A stretch of 57,107 bases of DNA from a virus (lineage: Duplodnaviria > Caudoviricetes). How positions within the stretch are numbered: position 1 is the first letter of the stretch; each line of letters starts with the position of its first letter. A model generated the notes under the pieces. It searched no databases. It was not told the origin of the DNA and saw only the letters and a list, made by a program, of their open reading frames with translations. Below are positions 20,392 to 29,354 of this stretch, in pieces. The position numbers were made by a program, and so were the translations under genes. The stretch covers positions 1 through 57,107 of the IMG/VR virus record IMGVR_UViG_3300017774_005323. The stretch is one strand, 5' to 3'.

Positions 20392-21393
20392 ATGACGCAA
20401 GCTGATGTTGCACGGGAATATCGCAGACGTTTTCCCGAAATGCCAACACTTACCCTGGCACGGAAAATGTATGCCGAAAATCATTTGATGTTCAAAAATT
20501 TGGAGAGCGCAAGAAGTGTACTTCGAAATATCGCGGGGAAATCTGGCAAGGACTACATACCAAAAAGAAACACCGAATTCATAGAAGCAGAACCGCGACC
20601 TTACAACCCCTACAACATACCGGAATCTGATGAAACAGATTACCCGGTATTTGAAATAAAAGGCGGGCGCATTGGGCTTGTGAGTGATATACACGCACCC
20701 TTTCATTCAATAAGCGCCATAAGTGCCGCAATTGAATACTACATTAAAAACCCCATTGATACGCTCGTTATCAATGGGGATTTTTTTGATTTTTACGGCG
20801 GTTCGCGCTTTTTGAAAGACCCGCGTAAACGCAAGATGTCGGAGGAAATAGACATAGGCTGCGAACTTTTAAAAGTGTTTCAAAAGGAATTAGGCTGCAA
20901 AATAATTTTCAAATATGGAAATCACGATGAAAGATTCGAGCATTATTTGTGGCAAAAAGTGCAAGAAATACCACAACTGGCAGACATGCACGAAATCCAA
21001 AACTTAAATTTGGAGCAAGCCATAAAAACCAGGCTACCCGATTTAAATTTTGAGGTTGTCGATAAAAAGCGCTTAATTGACTTTTGCGGGCTTACTATAC
21101 TGCATGGGCATGAAATGGGTGGTTCGGTTTTTAGTCCTGTTAACATTGCACGGGGGCTTTTCTTACGAGGTGGGGAAAGTGGCGTATGCGGGCATCACCA
21201 CCAAACGAGCGAACACACACAGCCGACAAGCCGGGGCCGAATGGTTACTACATGGTCATTGGGCTGTCTTTGTGAACTTAATCCGGAATGGTTGCCAATA
21301 AACAAATGGAATCACGGTTTTGCCTATGTCGAGGGCGAAGGCAATGAATACCACATGAAAAACATGCGCATTTTAAAGGGCAAAATATTGTAA
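20392..21393 (+). CDS. Calcineurin-like metallophosphoesterase
   Basis: SDIH, NGDFFD, GNHDE, HGHE and GHHH motifs. Confidence 0.88.
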   Translation: MTQADVAREYRRRFPEMPTLTLARKMYAENHLMFKNLESARSVLRNIAGKSGKDYIPKRNTEFIEAEPRPYNPYNIPESDETDYPVFEIKGGRIGLVSDIHAPFHSISAISAAIEYYIKNPIDTLVINGDFFDFYGGSRFLKDPRKRKMSEEIDIGCELLKVFQKELGCKIIFKYGNHDERFEHYLWQKVQEIPQLADMHEIQNLNLEQAIKTRLPDLNFEVVDKKRLIDFCGLTILHGHEMGGSVFSPVNIARGLFLRGGESGVCGHHHQTSEHTQPTSRGRMVTTWSLGCLCELNPEWLPINKWNHGFAYVEGEGNEYHMKNMRILKGKIL

Positions 21394-21462
21394 GCGCTAA
21401 AGATATGGGAAATTGGTTTGGTGAATGAGTGGGCCGCTTGGATGAAAATTCGAGCGGCTTTT

Positions 21463-21553
21463 TACGTTCGTCGATGGTTTTTGTACGTTGGTCTATAAAA
21501 AGCGATGTTTGGTCGATGCGGTGGTAAAAATTAGGATGGCGATATTATCTTTG
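21463..21553 (+). promoter_or_regulatory. Triple-box promoter P2
   Basis: Boxes at 21470, 21491 (GTCTAT), 21512; TATCTTTG at 21546; preceded by a terminator at 21432-21463. Confidence 0.85.
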
Positions 21554-21585
21554 CTACATCGTTTAACAAATAAAATAACGCAACA

Positions 21586-21864
21586 ATGCAAATCACAGAA
21601 ACAACAGACGAGGTGCTTAATATTTTAGGCGTAAAATTTGAGTACCAATCAAATTATTCAGGTCACGGGGGCCGAATAATTGACCCAGGGCCATTTAAGG
21701 GATTAAATTTGCGCCCCTCTATTTGTACGCGCCCTGGATTTTGGTATGCCGATATTCCAGACGGGCAAGACAAGGAAATGGAGCAGGTTTTTTCCGGGCA
21801 TTTTTTTCGCAGAAGCGACGGCTATCCAATTATTTCGGCTGGTTTAGCGCCAAGTTTAAAATAA
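21586..21864 (+). CDS. Small accessory protein (P2 cassette)
   Basis: 92 aa between P2 and a terminator at 21879-21909. Confidence 0.7.
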   Translation: MQITETTDEVLNILGVKFEYQSNYSGHGGRIIDPGPFKGLNLRPSICTRPGFWYADIPDGQDKEMEQVFSGHFFRRSDGYPIISAGLAPSLK

Positions 21865-22006
21865 AAAAAAATTGACTTAAACGCCCTGCACAAAATGCGG
21901 GCGTTTTTTGTTAATGTCCAACCATTCCACAAAATTATGTGTTACATATTTGGTAGTTTAACACAAATGTAACACATTTGCACACACAATAAAAAACGCA
22001 AGAAAA

Positions 22007-22750
22007 ATGTCATTTACAACACAAGAAAACGCACCGGACAGCAGCCGGAAAACAATTGCTGAAAAATGCGGAAACGACGCAGCCGCAATAGAAGCCATGC
22101 GGAAACGCTGGAGCCGATATATCGGAACCGCTTTTGATCGGAACCATGTAGCGACGGACGCGGAAATGTGCCTGTTATACCCAAGCGGAAACGCACGGAC
22201 AAAAAAACCGCTAAAGGAAACCAAAGCGGAAACTTTGGACATTCCAAAAGCGGAAACAAAAGCGGACATTTTACCGGACATTAAAGCGGAAACGGACACA
22301 ACACCACAAACGGAAACAACTCAAAAAACGGAACGGACAAACGGACAAAAAGCCGTTTTGATCGCTTGTATGGCTGTCCCCGCTATTGCATCGCTACAAA
22401 ATATGTGGGCGGTTACGTCGGACATAAGCGGACACGTTTCGATGTCCGTTTTGCTCACACTTTTATTTTCCGCTTTTCCGTTTGCGCTTACTTTGGCCGG
22501 GGCAACTACGAAAGCCGGGCGCATACTTGTCGGGCTTATGATCGTATATGAAGGCTTTTGCAACTTCATACGCATATACGGCGGCTTAACGGGATTTGGA
22601 AAAGATGGCTACCCTACCCGCTTTTTGGGCATTGTTACGGAGGTGCTGAACACGGGAACATACGGCACCGCAACCGTTTTGGCAGCGATTATGGCGCTAC
22701 TTTGCGGCGCTGTTTTTTACATTTCTTACAACGAATTATTAAAAAAGTAG
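22007..22750 (+). CDS. Membrane protein with putative N-terminal DNA-binding region and repetitive linker
   Basis: Basic helical N-terminus, KAET repeats, about 4 C-terminal TM helices. Confidence 0.65.
   Translation: MSFTTQENAPDSSRKTIAEKCGNDAAAIEAMRKRWSRYIGTAFDRNHVATDAEMCLLYPSGNARTKKPLKETKAETLDIPKAETKADILPDIKAETDTTPQTETTQKTERTNGQKAVLIACMAVPAIASLQNMWAVTSDISGHVSMSVLLTLLFSAFPFALTLAGATTKAGRILVGLMIVYEGFCNFIRIYGGLTGFGKDGYPTRFLGIVTEVLNTGTYGTATVLAAIMALLCGAVFYISYNELLKK
22035..22480. repeat. CGGA(A/C)A motif array 1
   Basis: 22 CGGA copies at 22035-22432 in all three frames, then 3 inverted TCCG copies. Confidence 0.85.
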
Positions 22751-22753
22751 CAT

Positions 22754-23089
22754 ATGGCAGTCTTTGAAATTACGGTTAAATCGCGCCCTATCGAGGCGCT
22801 AAAGTCAAACCAGCAAGCGCCGGGGGTGTTTGATTGGTCCGAATCAAAGCAGATCGAACTGACCTTAACCGAAATTTCAAAGATTAAGCAAAAGCACCAG
22901 GGCTACACCCCAAACCTCACCCGTGCCGTTCGGGTAAAGCGCTTAATGTTGGAGTGTTACAGCCTAAATGACATTATAAAAATACTCAAACACAACGGGC
23001 GGGGGTACGGCGAACGTATGCTTAAAAAGGATCATGCAGCCCTGACAGAATCCAAGCCCCCTATCGGTAGGGGAGTGGCCTCAAAATAG
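22754..23089 (+). CDS. Basic hypothetical protein, possibly DNA-binding
   Basis: 111 aa; helical C-terminus RAVRVKRLML...GYGERMLKKD. Confidence 0.55.
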   Translation: MAVFEITVKSRPIEALKSNQQAPGVFDWSESKQIELTLTEISKIKQKHQGYTPNLTRAVRVKRLMLECYSLNDIIKILKHNGRGYGERMLKKDHAALTESKPPIGRGVASK

Positions 23090-23157
23090 TGCCTATACGG
23101 TGCAATTCGTTTTGCACTTTTCATAAATCATTCATTCACAATAAAATACAACGCAAC

Positions 23158-24762
23158 ATGCAAAAGACTTTTGCACCTACTTTGCCCCGCCTTCAAACCT
23201 TATTTTTGTTCGGGGTAGGGGTATGTATGCTTTTGGGATTGTCCCTAACCATAGCGGCTTACATGCTTTTGCCGATCAATCCAAATGGCGATGAATTAAT
23301 TTTAATGATCGTTTCATGGGGTAGTAGCGCCTTCATTCTTACGATGAATTTTTGCCTTTGTGGACTATTCGCCGCGTGTATTGTCGCTTCGATTATCTAC
23401 AACATGGGCAAAGGGTTAACGATTAATCACACGGTTTTGGAACTTACAAACGGCGAAAAACTGCAACAACTAAACGCCGTAACAATTAGCCCCGACCTAT
23501 TGATCGTAAACCAAACGAATACAGAAACAAAGCGCGATCTATTGGAAAGGTTTAACCAGGCAAAAGCAAACCAGGTAGACGGCGTTTGGATTGTCTGCAT
23601 TGCATACCAAGACGTTTGCGGCTTGCTCATAACTGACACGGGCGAATCATACGCCTTTGATCGTAACACACCGCCGTTCCAAGCCGATGAAACAGAAACG
23701 CCAATTGCAGCGCATGACTACAAGGGCGAAACATGGGCCGAATACCAAGCCTATTTGAACGAATTTTGTTTCCACTATAACAGATGGGCACCGCGTGAAA
23801 AACTGATTGCTCCAACCGGGAAAAGCGCGGAAAAGAAAATTAATGTCCTTTGGTCATTGTCCGTTTTGTTTGTCCTTTTCGCGTTTCCTTTGTCCGCTCA
23901 AAAGTCCGTCCGGGTTATGGAGTACTTAGGACAAACGCGCTATTTGTCCGTTCGCCCTATCGGACAAGTTAAGTTTGTTTTTGAGGACACGCCGATCAAC
24001 CGGACAGGGGACGGAACAAAGACTTATGCGGAACTTTTGAAAGGCGGCGCATACTTTAACGATGCGGACAATGCTGGACGGCTTATCGCTATTCAAGTTG
24101 TAAACGGTGGGCAAATAAAAACCGTCTACCCAGACAAAGCCGAAACGCCGCAAACGTCACAAACTTCAAAAACTTCAAAAACTTCAAAAACGGCGAGTGC
24201 AAGCGTTACACAAAGCGCACTACCAGCGCCGGGCGAATTGCAATTAGATGACAGTTTGCAAACAGCGATTGCAATTGAAGCATGGAAAGAAAAGATCGAC
24301 AAAAGCACAAAAAAGATATGGGGGCAAAGTTTGCAATGGTGGAAACTTGCTATCTATGTGTTGGGTAACTTTTTCCATGTACTTATGGGGCTTTTGGGTA
24401 TCAGTATCCTTGTCGCAAAAACAGCAACAAAAGAAAGTGTAATAAATGCGTGTGGAACAAGTATATACGGCGGCTATCTGCATAACATTGCGGCGGGTGC
24501 GATACTTTGGACATACATTTTTTCCATTTTGATTGCGATTATAATGCTGATAAATATCTATATACTTGCATTAACAGGCGACTTCGCCTCTATTGTTTCG
24601 ATTTTCATATCCTGGCAATTCGGGGGCGTTATATTATGGTTTGCTCTTATCGCAATTGTTAGAAAAATTGTAAACAAAGTTGTACCTGACCCGCAAGTTA
24701 TAAACGCGCCGCCGCATCGACCATACGCAGCGCCGAATCAGTATAAAGGCTTAAATCAATAA
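23158..24762 (+). CDS. Polytopic membrane protein (534 aa)
   Basis: Two N-terminal TMs, internal KK-hydrophobic-LSA|Q segment, about 3-4 C-terminal TMs. Confidence 0.7.
   Translation: MQKTFAPTLPRLQTLFLFGVGVCMLLGLSLTIAAYMLLPINPNGDELILMIVSWGSSAFILTMNFCLCGLFAACIVASIIYNMGKGLTINHTVLELTNGEKLQQLNAVTISPDLLIVNQTNTETKRDLLERFNQAKANQVDGVWIVCIAYQDVCGLLITDTGESYAFDRNTPPFQADETETPIAAHDYKGETWAEYQAYLNEFCFHYNRWAPREKLIAPTGKSAEKKINVLWSLSVLFVLFAFPLSAQKSVRVMEYLGQTRYLSVRPIGQVKFVFEDTPINRTGDGTKTYAELLKGGAYFNDADNAGRLIAIQVVNGGQIKTVYPDKAETPQTSQTSKTSKTSKTASASVTQSALPAPGELQLDDSLQTAIAIEAWKEKIDKSTKKIWGQSLQWWKLAIYVLGNFFHVLMGLLGISILVAKTATKESVINACGTSIYGGYLHNIAAGAILWTYIFSILIAIIMLINIYILALTGDFASIVSIFISWQFGGVILWFALIAIVRKIVNKVVPDPQVINAPPHRPYAAPNQYKGLNQ
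23828..24080. repeat. TGTCC/GGACA motif array 2
   Basis: About 8 GTCC/TTCC copies followed by about 9 GGAC/CGGAA copies; orientation flips near 23930-23960. Confidence 0.75.
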
Positions 24763-24765
24763 ACT

Positions 24766-24870
24766 ATGACTTTTTTACTTGCAATACTTTTTTACCTTTT
24801 GGGAATGTTTAACGGCGTAATATTAGGAGGTATCCTAAAGACGCTCGACATTAAAGACAAAAGGCAATAG
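24766..24870 (+). CDS. Small single-TM protein
   Basis: MTFLLAILFYLLGMFNGVILGG..., followed by a terminator at 24887-24918. Confidence 0.5.
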   Translation: MTFLLAILFYLLGMFNGVILGGILKTLDIKDKRQ

Positions 24871-24912
24871 CACACAATACACACAAAAAGCGCCCTACTC
24901 CAAGGGCGCTTT

Positions 24913-25003
24913 TCTTTTCGTCGATCATTTGCTTACGTTCGTCGATAAAAACGGTACTTTGGTCGATACGGTGTTGACAGCGCGCATTTATGTGTTATCT
25001 TTG
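24913..25003 (+). promoter_or_regulatory. Triple-box promoter P3
   Basis: GTCGAT at 24920, 24941, 24962; TATCTTTG at 24996. Confidence 0.85.
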
Positions 25004-25036
25004 TACCATCATTAACGCAAAAAAATAAAACGCACC

Positions 25037-25249
25037 ATGTCAAACGCACAAACAAATATCACATTTTTAAGCCGCATATCTTCAGCGATGAAAGCCGATG
25101 TTCTTTCCAATATCGCAAACCATTACGGCATAACAAATGAACAGGCCGAAGAAGAAGTAATAGACGGCGAAGCAGAAAACATTATGGAGTACATTACGGG
25201 GCCGCAAAGGAGCGCAATTCATTTGATTTACAAAAAAGTAATGGCATAA
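25037..25249 (+). CDS. Small accessory protein (P3 cassette)
   Basis: 70 aa; AAAACGCA leader. Confidence 0.7.
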   Translation: MSNAQTNITFLSRISSAMKADVLSNIANHYGITNEQAEEEVIDGEAENIMEYITGPQRSAIHLIYKKVMA

Positions 25250-25280
25250 GCCGATTTAATCACCACCAAAAACAACTTAT

Positions 25281-25472
25281 ATGGACTGCATTACAGTTTA
25301 TTTTCACGGCCAATCCCTGCTTTTGCAAAAAGATTATGCTGATTTGAAAGGATTGAAACAGGGTTACAAAATTAAATCAGAAAGCAAATTTTGGGAAATC
25401 CTTGGAGGTTACGCAGAACACCAAATTTCAAAACTTGAAATGCTGATTGAGGCAAAGAAAAGCGTAAACTAA
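25281..25472 (+). CDS. Small accessory protein
   Basis: 63-aa ORF with A/C-rich leader. Confidence 0.65.
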   Translation: MDCITVYFHGQSLLLQKDYADLKGLKQGYKIKSESKFWEILGGYAEHQISKLEMLIEAKKSVN

Positions 25473-25504
25473 ACCATTACCACTAAAAAAATAAAACGCA
25501 AACA

Positions 25505-25720
25505 ATGACAACCGCACAACAAATACAATTCGCTGCAAGTGTTCAAATTGGAACACAAATAGAAATGGGCAATGATTCGGTTTTAACTGTTACCGAGATA
25601 GGCAAACATTCGTTTGTTGGAACCTTAAAAGTAAAAGGCCGTCAAATTAACGATGAATGTCTTTTAACTTTTCAAACCATTTCAAATCCGCACTACAATA
25701 AGAACTTGCGCATAATATGA
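25505..25720 (+). CDS. Small beta-rich accessory protein
   Basis: 71 aa; AAAACGCA leader. Confidence 0.65.
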   Translation: MTTAQQIQFAASVQIGTQIEMGNDSVLTVTEIGKHSFVGTLKVKGRQINDECLLTFQTISNPHYNKNLRII

Positions 25721-26616
25721 GCAATCTTATTCAAACACTCCTAAGCCTGTCCGGTTGGACGGGCTTTTTTATCTGCTTTTTGCTAGTTTGGTGCATTTGG
25801 CAGTTTAACAGGCTGCTTTATTTCGCCGTGAAATGGCTTGTACGAGCATTGCGCTTCATTGCGCCCGCTATTGTGCGCCCGACCTTAACGCGCTTATTTG
25901 TGTGTGCTACGTTTGCGCTGTGCCTGTTTTTATGGCGCTTGCAAGTTTCGGACGCTTTACAGTATGTGGAGCAAATGTATATTGCGCCCGTGTACGCTAT
26001 GCCTGACACTTCAACACACGCTTTGGCATGTTTTGAAGCGAAGGCGAAAAAGCACCTGGATAGTTATGAGTTTGAAACATTCAAAAGCGAAACCGCAAGC
26101 ATCGCAGCCCAAACAGGTAGTACACCGCTTGCGTTTTACATGGTGTACCTATCTGAATGCGGCATGAATCCGTTTATTATTCGAGAAGATGGCAATGCGG
26201 CCGGGCCTATCCAATTCACGCGAACAGGTTTAGAGGGGCTAAAAATTAATGACAAACCCGCTACCCTTGACATGGTAAAAGCCATGTGTGTAAAGCGTGA
26301 CATATCGGGCTTAATGCGCCTGACACGGGAATATATGATCGACCGGGCAAAGGGCAAACCGCTTAAAAGACCGTGCGATGTATACACATGCGTTTTTGCA
26401 CCGTCTTTTGTGGGGGCTGATGAAAGCACGGTTTTGTACCAAGGCTATCAAAACCCGCAATACTACAAAAACGCTGGCTTAGACGGTTATCGAATCGTAA
26501 ACGGGCGCTACGTTCGCCTAAATGCGTATTGTGATGGAAAATTAACTATTTCCGACCTTGCAATATCGCTCGAAGCAAAAAAGGCGGCAGTGCTCCGGTC
26601 GTTTGTCGATAAATAA
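25717..26616 (+). CDS. Membrane-anchored lytic transglycosylase/lysozyme-fold protein
   Basis: Two N-terminal TMs; LSECGMNP...AAGPIQFT, DVYTCVFAP, YYKNAGLD...DGKLT. Confidence 0.7.
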   Translation: MSNLIQTLLSLSGWTGFFICFLLVWCIWQFNRLLYFAVKWLVRALRFIAPAIVRPTLTRLFVCATFALCLFLWRLQVSDALQYVEQMYIAPVYAMPDTSTHALACFEAKAKKHLDSYEFETFKSETASIAAQTGSTPLAFYMVYLSECGMNPFIIREDGNAAGPIQFTRTGLEGLKINDKPATLDMVKAMCVKRDISGLMRLTREYMIDRAKGKPLKRPCDVYTCVFAPSFVGADESTVLYQGYQNPQYYKNAGLDGYRIVNGRYVRLNAYCDGKLTISDLAISLEAKKAAVLRSFVDK

Positions 26617-26667
26617 GGCACTTTGGTCGATAATGAAAAATTACCAAAGTTTTCCGTTTTACATTTG
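26598..26667 (+). promoter_or_regulatory. Double-box promoter P4
   Basis: GTCGAT at 26605, 26626; TACATTTG at 26660. Confidence 0.8.
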
Positions 26668-26697
26668 CATATTATTTCACAACAAAATTTCATTCCA

Positions 26698-27045
26698 ATG
26701 AAAAAAGCATTTCTTTTTCTTTGCCTGTTTGCCCCGATGCTTGCCTTTTCGCAACAGGGCAAAACATACCCGGTCACTTTTGCGGAACACCAAACCGATC
26801 AAATTGACATTTTCCGTTTCAAAACGGTAAAAATTAGTTTTGTTCAAAAATCAGATTTTCAGTACGATGTGCTGTTTGATTTTTACAACGGCAAACACTA
26901 CTACGAATCCGTTAGGCGCATCCCAAACGAAAGCGATGTAATGGTTTTCACAAACAAAAATCACGGACGCTACGAGGTTGCTTGCGTTTCTGGTACTGTG
27001 GTTTATTTCCAAAACGGTTTTAAAGCCACCGTTTATGAAAACTAA
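26698..27045 (+). CDS. Small exported protein
   Basis: MKKAFLFLCLFAPMLAFS|Q signal peptide. Confidence 0.7.
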   Translation: MKKAFLFLCLFAPMLAFSQQGKTYPVTFAEHQTDQIDIFRFKTVKISFVQKSDFQYDVLFDFYNGKHYYESVRRIPNESDVMVFTNKNHGRYEVACVSGTVVYFQNGFKATVYEN

Positions 27046-27322
27046 CCCGCTTAAAATCGAAATGTACAGCGGTCACGTCGAAGTCCAAAAACAGGACGGC
27101 GAATGTATGGCCATGCTCAACTTTGGAGAATCTGGCGGCTACCCGGATAGCGAAGCAGCCCGCGATGCCGCAAAGTTTCTTATCAATGGGCCGCTTCTTT
27201 TGGAGCAACTGAAAGAAACAATCGAAGCATACGGCAAACCGGGCGGGCCTTGGAATGTTCCGAGCGAACCGGGGGAGTGGATTACAAACGCGAGAAAAAT
27301 TGTAAAAATGTTTGAGAAATAA
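27035..27322 (+). CDS. Hypothetical phage protein
   Basis: AKFLINGPLLLEQLK...ARKIV pattern common in small phage genes. Confidence 0.6.
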   Translation: MKTNPLKIEMYSGHVEVQKQDGECMAMLNFGESGGYPDSEAARDAAKFLINGPLLLEQLKETIEAYGKPGGPWNVPSEPGEWITNARKIVKMFEK

Positions 27323-27346
27323 ATCTCAATACCTTATCTTTGCAAC

Positions 27347-27533
27347 ATCCCAAAGGGGATAGCGGGATTGGAAACCCCGTTTAAAATATGCGCCCATCGG
27401 ACGGGCAACGCCTCTTACACAGGCAAAAAAAAATTAAATTGTTCATACCCTTGTGGTTTGAGCGGTAGACTATGTGTAAGATAGTCAATGTGCTTTCCAG
27501 GCCGCCGCTCAAATTTCAAGGGTTTTTTATTTT
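27347..27533 (+). ncRNA. C4/CI-like structured leader or antisense RNA
   Basis: Follows TATCTTTG at 27335; several hairpins; TGGAAA/TTTCCA and TCTTACACA/TGTGTAAGA complementary pairs; long closing stem with T tract. Confidence 0.65.
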
Positions 27534-27538
27534 CTGAT

Positions 27539-27736
27539 ATGGCAGATAAATGCGATTCATGCAAGCATAAAAAATACCACATTGGAAGTGGTCAACCAGA
27601 CGACTATTCTTGTTTTTATTGTAATAGAGAATGGTGGGTTATGCACCCGGAAGTAGACCCATCCACTGATATAAATACACATTGGGACAATTGCCCCGAT
27701 TTTGAACCACTAAACCCTGAAACGCCATGTACTTAA
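27539..27736 (+). CDS. Small Cys-rich protein
   Basis: CDSC...CFYC...NCPDF. Confidence 0.6.
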   Translation: MADKCDSCKHKKYHIGSGQPDDYSCFYCNREWWVMHPEVDPSTDINTHWDNCPDFEPLNPETPCT

Positions 27737-27885
27737 TAACACAACCCGGCACCGAGCCGTTTTTGACCAAATACTTTGACCCGGAAAACCACTGGCAAAG
27801 CGGTATGGTAGTTTTTAATATCGTCACTTGTGAATACACCACAGACGGCGTGAATTGGCAGCCTTTAAATGAAGATCAATTATGA
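27727..27885 (+). CDS. Small hypothetical protein (52 aa)
   Basis: Fills the gap between neighbours; ATGA overlap with the next gene. Confidence 0.55.
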   Translation: MYLITQPGTEPFLTKYFDPENHWQSGMVVFNIVTCEYTTDGVNWQPLNEDQL

Positions 27886-28163
27886 GCCAAAAAAGGGAGT
27901 TTACAGGGGTTTTTATACCCGCGCACATTTGGTACTCAAAAGAGTTAACGCCGGATGAAAAGTACATTTTGGTTGAAATGCTTTTGCTTAATTACACCAA
28001 TGAAGGCCCGGAATCCTTGACAAAACATCTTGCCGATGCTATGCAATGCACACAGGACAGTTTGATAGACCCGATCTTGAATTTACAAAAATTTGGCTAT
28101 ATTGTCATAGACAAAGAAAAGGGTAAAATATGGTTAACCGATCTTTTAATGTCTAAATCCTAA
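27882..28163 (+). CDS. Winged-HTH protein resembling a replication-initiator N-terminus
   Basis: REFTGVFIPAHIW.SKELTPDEKYIL...HLADAM...NLQKFGYI. Confidence 0.65.
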   Translation: MSQKREFTGVFIPAHIWYSKELTPDEKYILVEMLLLNYTNEGPESLTKHLADAMQCTQDSLIDPILNLQKFGYIVIDKEKGKIWLTDLLMSKS

Positions 28164-28168
28164 TCCAA

Positions 28169-29020
28169 ATGAGCCAACTTAAAAAATCAAGTACAAGCAT
28201 AAATGAAAACGCCCGTAAAAGCATGGGCATAACACGCGATGAATACGCGCTTTGCTCTTATGCGCTTTACCGTTGTGCAGACCCGCGTATGAAGTTGGTC
28301 GGATGGTGTACCGATACCAAAGACGATGTAGCGGATTTTGTGGGCATTACGCGCCCTGGGCTTTACAAAATGATCGCACGTTTGGAGCAAAGCGGGCTTT
28401 TGGAAACGCAAGCGGGAACGGGTTTTTTCCGGGCAACGGCGCAATTTATTGACATTCAAAATGGCACCGAAAGCAAAGAAAATGCAAAGCAAGATTGTAA
28501 ACAAAGTTTACAGCAAGAAAACGAAAGTGTAAACAAAGTTTACAGCGAGTGTAAACAAAGTTTACAAGGCAGTGTAAACAAAGTTACGGGTAATATAGAG
28601 GTACAGTTAGATATTAGTATGAATAAGGTTAATAGTGAGGCAGATTTAAAACCTTTGCCTAAAAACAAAAAAAAGGAAAATGAAAAAACAGCCGCCGCCG
28701 CCGAAATTTTGGCGCACCTCAACGAAAAAGCCGGGCGGTCGTTTGATGTAAAAAACCCGCAAACCCAAAAGTATGTCATTGCCCGACTAAATGAAGGAAT
28801 GAGCATCGAAGAAGCAAAGCGGGTAATTGATTTTAAGGTTATGAAATGGAATCCTGATGCGAACATGCGCCAATACTTGCGACCTGACACGCTCTTTAGC
28901 GGAAAATTTACGATCTATTTAGAGGAAGCAACGCCCAAAAAACCAAAACCACAACCGCAAAGCGAAGGCCAAAGCGCAACAAGCGGCGCAATTATCAAAA
29001 ACGGCATTGAATGGTTTTGA
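28169..29020 (+). CDS. Replication initiator (wHTH plus conserved phage C-terminal domain)
   Basis: VADFVGITRPGLYKMIARLE HTH; ILAHLNEKAG...YLRPDTLF; internal iterons. Confidence 0.85.
   Translation: MSQLKKSSTSINENARKSMGITRDEYALCSYALYRCADPRMKLVGWCTDTKDDVADFVGITRPGLYKMIARLEQSGLLETQAGTGFFRATAQFIDIQNGTESKENAKQDCKQSLQQENESVNKVYSECKQSLQGSVNKVTGNIEVQLDISMNKVNSEADLKPLPKNKKKENEKTAAAAEILAHLNEKAGRSFDVKNPQTQKYVIARLNEGMSIEEAKRVIDFKVMKWNPDANMRQYLRPDTLFSGKFTIYLEEATPKKPKPQPQSEGQSATSGAIIKNGIEWF
28496..28587. repeat. Replication origin iterons
   Basis: Palindromic TGTAAAC-AAA-GTTTACA at 28496, 28528, 28550 and a partial copy at 28573, followed by AT-rich DNA. Confidence 0.88.
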
Positions 29021-29021
29021 T

Positions 29022-29354
29022 ATGACAAAGCAACAAACGCACATTTTACAAAGCCGTTGGGCGCTTTTGGCACATGCTACAGTTGATTTTTCGATACCAT
29101 TAAACGGGCCGGGCGCATTTTCGGAAGATCAGATACTTGCACTTCCTTTGGTTGACCAGTATTTTTTAACCGCGTCCGAGGCAATGAGCGCAATTATACA
29201 CCCGAAAGAAAAGGCAAAATTTCGCCGTCATTTGGCGTATGCGCAATGTTTAGGGGAAATGCAGTCAACAGCGCTTTGGGAAAGAATGGCGAAGTTAGAC
29301 GCTGAATTAGATTACCACATGGGCATTCACGCCGCAAAGAAAAACGCGCAATGA
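29022..29354 (+). CDS. Hypothetical protein (possible helicase loader/adaptor)
   Basis: Between initiator and DnaB, coupled to both. Confidence 0.55.
   Translation: MTKQQTHILQSRWALLAHATVDFSIPLNGPGAFSEDQILALPLVDQYFLTASEAMSAIIHPKEKAKFRRHLAYAQCLGEMQSTALWERMAKLDAELDYHMGIHAAKKNAQ

Noticed and set aside
24162-24188. AACTTCAAA x3 tandem repeat as a phase-variation switch
   Set aside because: The 9-bp unit keeps the frame and only changes a TSK linker length
27347-27533. tRNA gene
   Set aside because: No T-loop GTTC(G/A)A or acceptor stem; no tRNA was recognised anywhere in the window
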